From Giardia intestinalis (taxonomy: Eukaryota), in the NCBI GenBank assembly GCA_000002435.2, contig CM018793.1: a stretch of 64,000 bases of DNA, one strand, 5' to 3'. A program made the translations under genes and the position numbers. Shown in pieces: positions 10,941-19,878 of the stretch. The notes under the pieces were generated by a model. The model worked only from the letters and a program-made list of their open reading frames with translations, was not told the DNA's origin and searched no databases. How positions within the stretch are numbered: position 1 is the first letter of the stretch; each line of letters starts with the position of its first letter.

Positions 10941-12197
10941 ATGTTCATCAGCCGGGAGGTTGTGGACGAGTGCTTCCACTGCCTGGACTTGCTGGGAACA
11001 AATAACTACATGACCTCCAGCGACTCAACCGCGTACATCGTCCAGCCGCTCTCGAGCCGCTTCGTCGCGGCCCTGTACAGAGGGACGGTCTACTCCCAGA
11101 CACACAGCATGGATCCGTGCAACCGCTACGCCATGTCCAACGCGGAGGCGCTGGTCTTCATGATGGCCTACGTGACCCATCTCTTCACCCTTCCCCTTAA
11201 CGAGTCCAAACAGGTTGAGTGGGACGTGCTGCGCGGGTGCCCCGTATGCCTCGTCAACGGGGGCTGCCGGTGCGTACGAGTGAGCTGGCCTGCCGTCAGG
11301 AGCCCCGACTCAAAGTCTGCCCCACAGAACTACGTGACCGTTCGGTGCCTGACGTCGGACTTCTTCTGGACATACGAGCAAAGCTCTAGCAGCTATGCTA
11401 GCCTTGAGGAGTACTTCGATAAGCATTACGTGGCCCAGGACCCCATCACAGCCGCAGTGTTTGAAAACGGCAGGCTGGTCAACGCCCACTTCAATCCCAA
11501 GAAGCGCTACGACGCGGTCCTGTTCAGACGAGCGGACAGGGCGGACAGAGAAGACAATAGCACAAACCCCGAGCCCCGGGCGAGCTCGTGTTACCCGGAA
11601 TTCATGCTTCCGTGCCTCTACAACCCGACCACGCGCATCAACTATCCCGGGTACCTATTCAGACAGTGCCTCTTCGACGCAGCGGGCTGCATGATCGGGC
11701 AGTCTGTCGCATCCCGGCTCATCGACATGCTCTTGTATCCGGCAGGGCCCCGGGTGCAGCAGAAGGAGGAAGCCGGCGATGCTTGCACTCCCGCTGCCTT
11801 AGAGTTGTTCAAGAGAGCAGCAGGGTTTGGAGAAGACATGCCACTGCTTATCCTTAACGCCATCAGCACGCTGCACGGTGTGAATCTCCTTAGGACTCTG
11901 CCGCCCTCTCAATTCGACAGCGAGGCAGAGATCGAGGCCCTGGCAGAGCACCAGAGGACGGCATCTTTCAAGGACGCACTGCTGGCAGCAACGCACAGCC
12001 ACAGCGAATACGTCAACGTTATGACGACGTTCTGCGAAGAGAATGTCACGCTGAAGGCGGGAATGAACGACAACGTGTGCAAGATGGAGCACAACATGGG
12101 GTACCTCATCCACGCGCGGTATGAGTCGTCCAACGACCAGGTTCGAGGAACGGTGCTGCGGTTCGCTGGATTTGTAATAGGTTACATGCCCAACTGA
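10941..12197 (+). CDS. Hypothetical protein (GC-rich gene).
   Basis: The 432-aa ORF has non-repetitive composition. The ORF-track start at 10899 is GTG; the first ATG is 10941 (MFISRE). It is convergent with the TatD-like gene, with a short 3' overlap. Confidence 0.45.
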   Translation: MFISREVVDECFHCLDLLGTNNYMTSSDSTAYIVQPLSSRFVAALYRGTVYSQTHSMDPCNRYAMSNAEALVFMMAYVTHLFTLPLNESKQVEWDVLRGCPVCLVNGGCRCVRVSWPAVRSPDSKSAPQNYVTVRCLTSDFFWTYEQSSSSYASLEEYFDKHYVAQDPITAAVFENGRLVNAHFNPKKRYDAVLFRRADRADREDNSTNPEPRASSCYPEFMLPCLYNPTTRINYPGYLFRQCLFDAAGCMIGQSVASRLIDMLLYPAGPRVQQKEEAGDACTPAALELFKRAAGFGEDMPLLILNAISTLHGVNLLRTLPPSQFDSEAEIEALAEHQRTASFKDALLAATHSHSEYVNVMTTFCEENVTLKAGMNDNVCKMEHNMGYLIHARYESSNDQVRGTVLRFAGFVIGYMPN

Positions 12198-13009
12198 GCA
12201 GCACTGAGACCAGGAGGCAGCAGCTCGTGCCGGCGCCAGTTGTCCCTCACAAGAGAAAGCGCCTCGTCCCTGGATAGGCTGCGCTCAGACGCAAGAACCT
12301 CAATCGCGGTCGCCATTGACCTGTCCCAGTCGTCCTGGTCCTCGCGGTACCAGTCCGTCTCCAGAAGCAGGCACTCCTTGTCAGACTTCCGTATGCACGC
12401 CCGGGTGGCCTTGTTTGCCTCTGTGAAGTGGGACACGGAAAGGAGCACGCGTCCGTGGCATGTAGAGACGGCAGCCTGCAGCTTGCGGAATGTCTCGTGG
12501 GTCCCGTTGTAGGAGTGCATTATAATGCTGCGATTGTAGCTGGCATACTTCCTGGCCATGGCCTCCAGCTGCTCCGTGAAGATAGGCCAGAGGCCAGGCT
12601 TACGAGAGATGATGTGGACGTTGCAGTCCCTGTTCATCTCGAAGGCCATCTCCAGCTGCGGGGAAAAGTAGCGGGTCTGTGTGTCCAGTGGAGAGTCAGC
12701 CAGCGCGGCCGGCCGAGTGTCCAGGCCTATCTCCCCCACAAACGCGGTCTGGTCCGCAGCCAGCCTTGCTCTGACTTCAGCCAGTGTCGCTGCAAGATCG
12801 GGGTGCATGTGCAGGTAGTACGGGTGCACTCCGTACCCGACTCGTACAGAGAGGGGATGGATCCTCCTGAACTCGGCAAGGTCTTCGAACTGAGTCGGAT
12901 CTGTGGCGTTCAGGAGATAGACGTGGTCCGGCCTGAACCAGGTGCCGATAAACGCCGGACTGAAGTGGCAATGGGCGTCAAGCATTTTAAGTGTCGCCCC
13001 TGGGGGCAT
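12182..13009 (-). CDS. TatD-family metal-dependent hydrolase/DNase.
   Basis: The N-terminal MLDAHCHF matches the D-x-H-x-H motif, and GEIGLD, HIISR and LLLETDWY are TatD signature blocks. Two ATG starts are possible (13009, or 12985 at MLDAHCHF). Confidence 0.75.
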   Translation of the reverse strand: MPPGATLKMLDAHCHFSPAFIGTWFRPDHVYLLNATDPTQFEDLAEFRRIHPLSVRVGYGVHPYYLHMHPDLAATLAEVRARLAADQTAFVGEIGLDTRPAALADSPLDTQTRYFSPQLEMAFEMNRDCNVHIISRKPGLWPIFTEQLEAMARKYASYNRSIIMHSYNGTHETFRKLQAAVSTCHGRVLLSVSHFTEANKATRACIRKSDKECLLLETDWYREDQDDWDRSMATAIEVLASERSLSRDEALSLVRDNWRRHELLPPGLSAAQLGM

Positions 13010-13250
13010 CGGAGAGATCAGCGTGGGTCTGGAAGAACTGTCGGACGTCCTCAGCAGTAGCAGGGGGCTCTTCGAGCTGGCCGCTCCGCTGGCGGTGGGC
13101 CTCGGACGACAGGTGTTGCACCAGGGTTAGGGAGTCCTTGAAGGCGAGATCGCACAGCGTGCACCTCAGACAACCGCTGGATGCACGCTTCCCGTCGTCG
13201 ATGACGGTCTGGGTGCCAGAGAGGGCGACCAGCTGCGCATACCTCGACAT
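12987..13250 (-). CDS. Small U1/matrin-type C2H2 zinc-finger protein (about 87 aa from the first ATG).
   Basis: The motif CLRCTLCDLAFKDSLTLVQHLSSEAHRQR fits the C-x2-C...F...L..H...H pattern. The ORF-track start at 13292 is GTG; the first ATG is about 13250 (MSRYAQ). It lies 2 nt downstream of the large-gene stop, in another frame. Confidence 0.4.
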   Translation of the reverse strand: MSRYAQLVALSGTQTVIDDGKRASSGCLRCTLCDLAFKDSLTLVQHLSSEAHRQRSGQLEEPPATAEDVRQFFQTHADLSDAPRGDT

Positions 13251-13294
13251 GCGGACGGTGTCCGTGCGGTCAATTTTCGTTGGTCCATTCACTC

Positions 13295-16200
13295 CTATAT
13301 CTCCGGACGCTTCACCGCGCCAGGACCCAGAGGGGCTCCGGAAACAATGCTCTTGGAAACTATCAGAGGCGGTAGTTTGGAGTTATTGGAAGAGCCCTGC
13401 AAGCTAACACCGTCCGCAAACGACCTCGTGTTAGGTGTGCTAATGTTTGAGTCTCCAAGGAACGAGTTGTTCCGGCTGAGCGGTAGCGTCTTCTTGTGCT
13501 CGTCCTCTGCGTGCTTTCCAAGAGAATTGTCGGGAACCTTTGTAGTGGACTTGCTCTTGCCTGGTGCGCGGAACTTGAACTTGTCCATTATGTTCTGAAT
13601 CCACTGTGGTCTCGGGTTCTTCTTGCGATATACTAGGAAGTACCAACATAGCACGCCGACAATCGCCCCAATGATGAGAACCGCAGCGATGCTGCCTCCT
13701 ATAGCTGCTCCAGACTGCTTTTTAGTCACTGCTCCTGGTCCAGGAGGGTTTGGCGGTACATCTGGATTAGGATTGGGCTGTGGATCAGGGACAGGATCCA
13801 ACGGCACATCCTCTTCATCATTGTCTCCGTAGATTGGGCCCGTATCAGTTATCGTATTATCAGCTTCTATTTCTGCATCAATCTTTTCTCGCACTTTGGG
13901 TGTATCATCAAGAGCCGCTTCCTCTGGAGTCTTGATGTTCAAAGAGACACAACCGTCGCCGTGCGTATTAACAATCTGGCCAGCCGGACATGTGGTGCAC
14001 TCGTTTGAGCCTGGCGCTGAGTACTCAGAGACTTTGCAAGGCGTGATAGTAACGTATGTGGAGTTGCTATTGGGTTGAGATGCGTCTCCAATATCAACGA
14101 CGTTTTCGTCAGACAGTGCACGGTTAAGCCTCACAGGACCGTTGCTCCATTTGGCGCGGAGCTGCTCCAAATGATGCAGGCGATCGAACGCACTGAACCT
14201 GTGGAACTTCTTCTCAAAGTGTGGAAGACCAAAAACAGGCGCTGCCCAGTGCAGGGAAAGAGTCTCAAGTACTTGCAGCAACTTTGCACGACGGAGAAGG
14301 CGTTGACCGGCAGGGGTCACCTCGCACTTGTGCCCTCGGGGACATTCGCGACACCCAACATTTGGTTCCTCGACTGCCCAGTATGAGAGGTGCTCCAGGC
14401 CTGGCCTCCTCCAGCGAGCATCGCCGGTGCTGGACTTGCCTGATACCATGATTGTGCCATCAGCACTCTTGATTGGACATGCTTGGAATGACAGAGGAAG
14501 GCAAACAGACATGCGATCGCGGTGCGAATAGTAATTTCCATAGCACGGGTACGCAACGCCGGAGATGCAACGGAATCCAGCTGGACACGGCTTGGGGTCC
14601 TCTCCAGAAAGGCAATAATAGCCTGTGCGAGGGCACGGGCGACACGTCTTCGTATCCTTGTCGTAATACATGTTTCCATTACAGGGATAGAGGCCCTTTG
14701 CAGTCCCGTCAGCGTTGTACTGGAAGTAGAAGGGCGCGTCGTATGTGAGCTCCTTTTCATTGGCTGCCGACGGCGAGTCGAAGCGGTCAATATTGGTATA
14801 AGGAGTCTTGCATACAGATGCACCATCTTCGGAGTAGTGCCCAAAGGGACAGCGACGCATCACACTGTCTTTGCAATAATACCCGGCGTGACACGGCTCA
14901 CAGGCATACGTCCCATTCGCATGAAGCCAGAGATACTTCCCATTCTCACAGCGAAGGTTAGTGTGCTGGAATCCGTCATCAGAGAATTGGTGCGGAGGAA
15001 CATGGACAAGCTGCTCCTGTTTGAGGCTTTCCGGAAGAGTCATCTGACACTCTGTATACGAAGTTTCAAAGTTACATACTGCACTTGACCTAGAAGACGG
15101 GGCAGCGTCAAACACAGTAACCTGGAATGGCTGATACATATACCCAGTGATATTGCGCCATGCCTCGCCCTTAAAGTTGGCTGAGCGGACCCTGAAGTTT
15201 ATAGTGCCATTCCTAAGATCCTGTTGCTTTCCATATCCGTTCATGACGTGGCGGACTCCGACAAGATACACATCCTTATTAAACGCAAAGCGAAGGGACG
15301 TGCTGGTTATCCCGCCTCGAATGCGGAACTCTGTGTCCTTATAGAGAATGCTGTAGTTAAAGCGAAGACTCGTAGAGATAAAGCGCTTATTCCCAGGCTG
15401 TGAGTTAATAGACTTCTGCACGACCTTCATCATGCGCGTATCAATAACGTGGGTCTTTTCAACCGTGTCAATGTAAACCACGAGGCCGCTAGGAAGGTCG
15501 CTATCAAAGTCAAGATAGAACTCGTAATTGGTATTGTCTTGGCCACGCGCATAGAGGTTGTGCCAGCGGTGTGCGCGATAAAGAGTTCTGCGGTTGATCT
15601 GAGACCAGCACTCCTGGTCAAGTGGTTGGCCCACTTTCAACGCTGCGGGGGTAAGCAAGAAAGTCCCAGCAGTGTAATTCATATGCGAGAACGCAACACG
15701 ATCGACGTCATTAATTGAGTTGGCGATTATCCTTGCCCATCCCCTGCGTGCGTTGGTTCCGTTGGCAAAGAACGCTGCCGAGGAAGCTGAAAAGCCGCAC
15801 TGGACGTTTGTCCACTCCACACGAAAGACGTCCGAGTGGGGTTCCATATCACGATCGGCAAGTGTCCTAGAGTTAGAGTCGTACACAATCTGCATCGGCA
15901 AAGCAGTCCAATCAGCACCAAAGACAGCTAAATACCCATTTGTGCCAAGAGATTGAAGGACATTGTTGTTAGTTCCGTCCCACCAGTAATAATACGGGAT
16001 AACGGTACGGTTATATGTAGACAGGCCTTTGAAGACATAGTATTGGTCGCCACGTCCTCCCGATTTGGCAGTTATATACTCAGTATAAAACTGATAAGCT
16101 TCCTCAAAGCTCGGGTTGACTATACTTCTGTCTTTCCACTGGAACTCGACGTCAATACCATACTCCCCAAGGCCGCCCATGCGATAGAGCCTGTGATCAG

Positions 16201-18280
16201 TGGTGCCCTGACTGGCAGTAGAACGGAGGGTGTACGTATATGTATTCTTTGTAACGACAAAATCATCGTAGAAGAAGCGCAGGGGACCCTGATCAAGACG
16301 CGAAGCTGCGTAAAACATACCAGCAAGCTCGCAATAAATATGATAACATGATAGTGTCACACTGCAAACTACTGTATCGACGCGAGGACTCTGAGATGAT
16401 TTTATGAAGCAATCTGTTCCATAAGTTGTCTGGATCTCCAGAGAGCGGAACTTGATTGCAGAATCGGGATGTGGCCCAGCGTATGGAGTGTTGGGTATAT
16501 AGGTGACTTCAACATCAAGAGAAGGAATCTTGGTGACATCGTGGTAAACAAATGGCGTGGTCATGTGTGTAATGTCATTCTTGTCAAAGATGCCAGTGTT
16601 AACGGCGGTGGCCCGTACAGTGAAGGTTCCGCGGTCGCAATCAGGGCAGACCCAGAGGCGTCCAAAAGCGATGTTGACGTTTGGAAGAGTGCGTGATTTC
16701 CATTTTCCTGCGTTGTCACGCTCAGATAGAAGATTCAAAGAAACAGAATGGAAGTCTCTGTTGCCTAGTCCCTTAAAGTATCCCGTGTTGATCTTGAAGG
16801 ACCCGCGATCATGGAAGATTCCATCCGCTATAGCAGCACGGTATTCAATGATGACAGAAGGCTCCTCCTTGTCCATAGTCGAGATGAAGGAATCAGCGGG
16901 GAGGAATAGCTCTACGCCAATAACATGCTGGCTGCGCTTGAGACCGTTATAGACGTCATCGGGATTGTATGTGTATGTCTGCCCAGTGTCATTGGCTGTG
17001 TATGTTGCATACCCGGTGGCAACGGGGACAGGGTCAGTCCTGACAATATCTAGGTCAGGGTAATAGTAGGACTTTGGCTGCTTTTCTATCACGTATGCCT
17101 GGGCATCGTTCATGAGGAACGGGCGAGAGTACTGAGAGTCAGCGGCCAGAAGCCTGTACTTGAATGTCCCGCTCGCCGAGGTGTCGTTGGGCATGTGAAT
17201 AGGCATCCAGCGATTTTCTACTGCCTGATACATGTACTTCATTCCCTTAGGAAGCGTCATGCCGGCCGGGAAGATCACTCCATTATCCCTTGTCACAGTG
17301 TGCTGATCATTGGCATTTCCATTCATCAAATACGTCTTGAAAAAGCTGTCCTTGGTGCCCTGTGTCCTATCCTGGACAGTACCAGTGTTCCTGAGGAAAA
17401 ACCAATACAGGTAGCGCTGATTTATCTCCTTATTCAAGTGCACAAGAACATGCACAGGCCCTGATTCGCAGGTCTTTCCACTACGCGTAAAGCCGTATTC
17501 AAGTTTCCCGACTCCTCGCAGAGATGCCCATTTGTCAAAAAGCTCAGCAGAGTAAAAAATCATAGTGGGATTCTGTACCATGCTTGTGAGCCAATCAGCA
17601 TGGCTTGTTTTAACAATTTCGAAGATCCTCTTTGGAACATCGTTTTCTGTAGCATAGTAGTTTGCAAACTCAACAAATTTTCCAGCAGGATTATACCAGG
17701 AAGTTGTGTTATCAATGTATACACGCCCGTTGGTCATCATCCGGATAAAGGCGTCAAGCTTTCTGACTCCATCGTCTCTAATTGTTTCTGGCACGTAGTC
17801 ATATCCCATCTCCGTTTTCGTCTTTGGAGAAAGCTCAATACTCAGACAATTGATGACGATGGGGATAGCCCTGTCCAGGAAAGAGTTTGTCAGGTTCGCC
17901 GAGAATCCCTCTTCAGCTCCCTTGAGAGCATTCCTTCTGTCTAAAGGAGCGTCGCGGAGAAGAAGCGGCTCCGAACCGGTATGGCGGCTAATGACTTTGC
18001 GGAACTCATGGTAGGTGGCAGTGTCATTTGCGTTAACGATATCCTCATGGGTGAACGCGCTTATCCAGGCCTCGCCACTTTCCTCGTCAAGCGCAAAGTG
18101 CGCGTGGCCGAAATTGGCTGCCACAAGGTCAGCATCTCCGCTGTCGACAACAACGTACTCCTTGCCGAGGTAATGGAGCGTCTGCTGACCCCGAGAGCCA
18201 GGGGCCACGAAGACCTGCGCAAAGCGCCAGGGCCCCTGCGCCGCCAGAGTCGCGGCAACAGCAACGAGCAGGGTAATCAT
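13295..18280 (-). CDS. Large type I membrane protein (1661 aa) with a signal peptide, a huge ectodomain, an EGF/furin-like cysteine-rich stalk, one TM helix and a 150-aa cytoplasmic tail.
   Basis: The N-terminal MITLLVAVAATLAAQG is a signal peptide. There is a Cys-rich module (CENGKYLWLHANGTYACEPCHAGYYCKDS...CRPCPRTGYYC...). The TM helix is AAIGGSIAAVLIIGAIVGVLCWYFLVY, followed by a basic tail. It has an ATG start with an AT-rich upstream region. It is not a VSP: there is no CRGKA tail. Confidence 0.75.
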   Translation of the reverse strand: MITLLVAVAATLAAQGPWRFAQVFVAPGSRGQQTLHYLGKEYVVVDSGDADLVAANFGHAHFALDEESGEAWISAFTHEDIVNANDTATYHEFRKVISRHTGSEPLLLRDAPLDRRNALKGAEEGFSANLTNSFLDRAIPIVINCLSIELSPKTKTEMGYDYVPETIRDDGVRKLDAFIRMMTNGRVYIDNTTSWYNPAGKFVEFANYYATENDVPKRIFEIVKTSHADWLTSMVQNPTMIFYSAELFDKWASLRGVGKLEYGFTRSGKTCESGPVHVLVHLNKEINQRYLYWFFLRNTGTVQDRTQGTKDSFFKTYLMNGNANDQHTVTRDNGVIFPAGMTLPKGMKYMYQAVENRWMPIHMPNDTSASGTFKYRLLAADSQYSRPFLMNDAQAYVIEKQPKSYYYPDLDIVRTDPVPVATGYATYTANDTGQTYTYNPDDVYNGLKRSQHVIGVELFLPADSFISTMDKEEPSVIIEYRAAIADGIFHDRGSFKINTGYFKGLGNRDFHSVSLNLLSERDNAGKWKSRTLPNVNIAFGRLWVCPDCDRGTFTVRATAVNTGIFDKNDITHMTTPFVYHDVTKIPSLDVEVTYIPNTPYAGPHPDSAIKFRSLEIQTTYGTDCFIKSSQSPRVDTVVCSVTLSCYHIYCELAGMFYAASRLDQGPLRFFYDDFVVTKNTYTYTLRSTASQGTTDHRLYRMGGLGEYGIDVEFQWKDRSIVNPSFEEAYQFYTEYITAKSGGRGDQYYVFKGLSTYNRTVIPYYYWWDGTNNNVLQSLGTNGYLAVFGADWTALPMQIVYDSNSRTLADRDMEPHSDVFRVEWTNVQCGFSASSAAFFANGTNARRGWARIIANSINDVDRVAFSHMNYTAGTFLLTPAALKVGQPLDQECWSQINRRTLYRAHRWHNLYARGQDNTNYEFYLDFDSDLPSGLVVYIDTVEKTHVIDTRMMKVVQKSINSQPGNKRFISTSLRFNYSILYKDTEFRIRGGITSTSLRFAFNKDVYLVGVRHVMNGYGKQQDLRNGTINFRVRSANFKGEAWRNITGYMYQPFQVTVFDAAPSSRSSAVCNFETSYTECQMTLPESLKQEQLVHVPPHQFSDDGFQHTNLRCENGKYLWLHANGTYACEPCHAGYYCKDSVMRRCPFGHYSEDGASVCKTPYTNIDRFDSPSAANEKELTYDAPFYFQYNADGTAKGLYPCNGNMYYDKDTKTCRPCPRTGYYCLSGEDPKPCPAGFRCISGVAYPCYGNYYSHRDRMSVCLPLSFQACPIKSADGTIMVSGKSSTGDARWRRPGLEHLSYWAVEEPNVGCRECPRGHKCEVTPAGQRLLRRAKLLQVLETLSLHWAAPVFGLPHFEKKFHRFSAFDRLHHLEQLRAKWSNGPVRLNRALSDENVVDIGDASQPNSNSTYVTITPCKVSEYSAPGSNECTTCPAGQIVNTHGDGCVSLNIKTPEEAALDDTPKVREKIDAEIEADNTITDTGPIYGDNDEEDVPLDPVPDPQPNPNPDVPPNPPGPGAVTKKQSGAAIGGSIAAVLIIGAIVGVLCWYFLVYRKKNPRPQWIQNIMDKFKFRAPGKSKSTTKVPDNSLGKHAEDEHKKTLPLSRNNSFLGDSNISTPNTRSFADGVSLQGSSNNSKLPPLIVSKSIVSGAPLGPGAVKRPEI

Positions 18281-19068
18281 TAAAATTTTTGGCTTCTATA
18301 ATGTTTATAAATACAGGTTATGATTACTGAGCCAACGAGAGCAACTTAAGCGACCCTCTGACGGCCCACTTAGGCACATTATGTTTTAGATTCTGGGAGC
18401 TACAGACCAAATTTTATGCAACGCTAATGAATTCATCAATTCGCGAAGAATATTCCCATAGACACGGCTGTCTAAAACGTGGCATGCTGGTGCACAGAAG
18501 TACAAACAATTCAAACTTTTTTGACAGATTCAGCCAAAAATACAATAATCTTCCTTTAGCAACAACCCGTGTGGAAGTGCTTTAGTCACCCACACTCTGT
18601 GTACTGTGCCGTGCAGACAGGAAGGCTGCCACCATACGTTCTGTTTCAGTATTTGAACCTGCCCGCGTAACGATCGCTCCTGTACGATCACTATCTTGAG
18701 TTTCAGTGGCAGTTGTGTATACAAAGATGTTGGTCATCTTAAGAGTAGCAGTACTTGTGTTCTGGAGGGGGTCTTTGTACCGCAACAGACACTAATATTG
18801 CCCCTCAGCTCTACATGTCAGTGACAGCTCCTCCTACCTATCAAACTGATCCTTTCTCATTTTCTCTAGCCGCGCACGGATTGATTGCTTTGCTTCTAGC
18901 TGGACCAAGCTACCCTCCTATTCTGCATTTCTTCCAAAGCGCTGTTTTACTTCTTCTTTGTCACCTCTGTCCAAGCATTCTTCAGAGCGTACATAGTCTG
19001 TACCATCTTATTCTAATTCTTTGGCTGTTTGAAGCACAAAATGAAGTGAACAAAAAACAGAAATCAGA

Positions 19069-19842
19069 ATGGAAGGACTCAATGAGACCCTGCTTCAGTC
19101 TCTATCTCGGTCGTTGACAGCTTCTGTGCGCCCCTATGACATCACTAAACCGGAGGTGTATATGGATGACCACTCCGGCCTGCTTCAGGCCGTCGCTCGA
19201 AAGAATACCTCGAAAGTTGGGGAACTACTTAGGTTTGCCAAGGCTTATGACAGCAACGGATTTACTGCCTTGATGTATGCCGCCCTTGATGGGTATGAGG
19301 ACGGGGTGCGCATGCTGATGGGACTGGAGCACGGAATGAGGGTGAGTGGCAGCTACTCTTACGGGGCATACACGTTTGTCGAGCCCACTGCAACTATGCT
19401 TGCGAGCATGCACGGACACCGTGGAGTTGTTGAGCTATTGAAGAGTCTAGAGGCCGGGCTGGCAGAGAGGGGGATGGGGGTAACCGCTTTGGTGATCTCC
19501 TCCATATTTAACAGAAGTGGGTGCGCAGAGGCTCTCCGTGATGTCGAGGCAGGGTGTATAGACGTGAATGGGCGCACTGCGCTCATGTGGGCAGCATATC
19601 GCGGGAACTCCATGCTTGTGAGGCTTCTCCATGACGCAGAAGCGGGTCTAGCAGATACAATAGGAAAGACCGCGCTGGTCTACGCTGCAGAATATGGAAA
19701 CCTGGCGTGTGTCAAAGACCTTGCGGATCTGGAAGGCAAGGCACACGGGTCCAGAGCCATCGCCGAATGCTGCAAGGGCTGGGGAGCTAGTTGCACTTTC
19801 AAGACAGCTATAGTCCAATTTTTAAGAACTTATAGTGAGTAG
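19069..19842 (+). CDS. Short ankyrin-repeat protein (257 aa).
   Basis: There are four to five ANK units (FTALMYAALDGYEDGV, TALMWAAYRGNSMLV, TALVYAAEYGNLACV). It starts at ATG (MEGLNETL). Confidence 0.7.
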   Translation: MEGLNETLLQSLSRSLTASVRPYDITKPEVYMDDHSGLLQAVARKNTSKVGELLRFAKAYDSNGFTALMYAALDGYEDGVRMLMGLEHGMRVSGSYSYGAYTFVEPTATMLASMHGHRGVVELLKSLEAGLAERGMGVTALVISSIFNRSGCAEALRDVEAGCIDVNGRTALMWAAYRGNSMLVRLLHDAEAGLADTIGKTALVYAAEYGNLACVKDLADLEGKAHGSRAIAECCKGWGASCTFKTAIVQFLRTYSE

Positions 19843-19878
19843 TGCTTAGAGCTATTTACATACGATGTGTTCTTTCGG

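Noticed and set aside
12428-13060. A 210-aa plus-strand ORF antisense to the TatD-like gene, plus several small ORFs in 11395-12133.
   Set aside because: They lie opposite or overlap well-supported genes in a GC-rich region, and their composition is R/G/P-rich.
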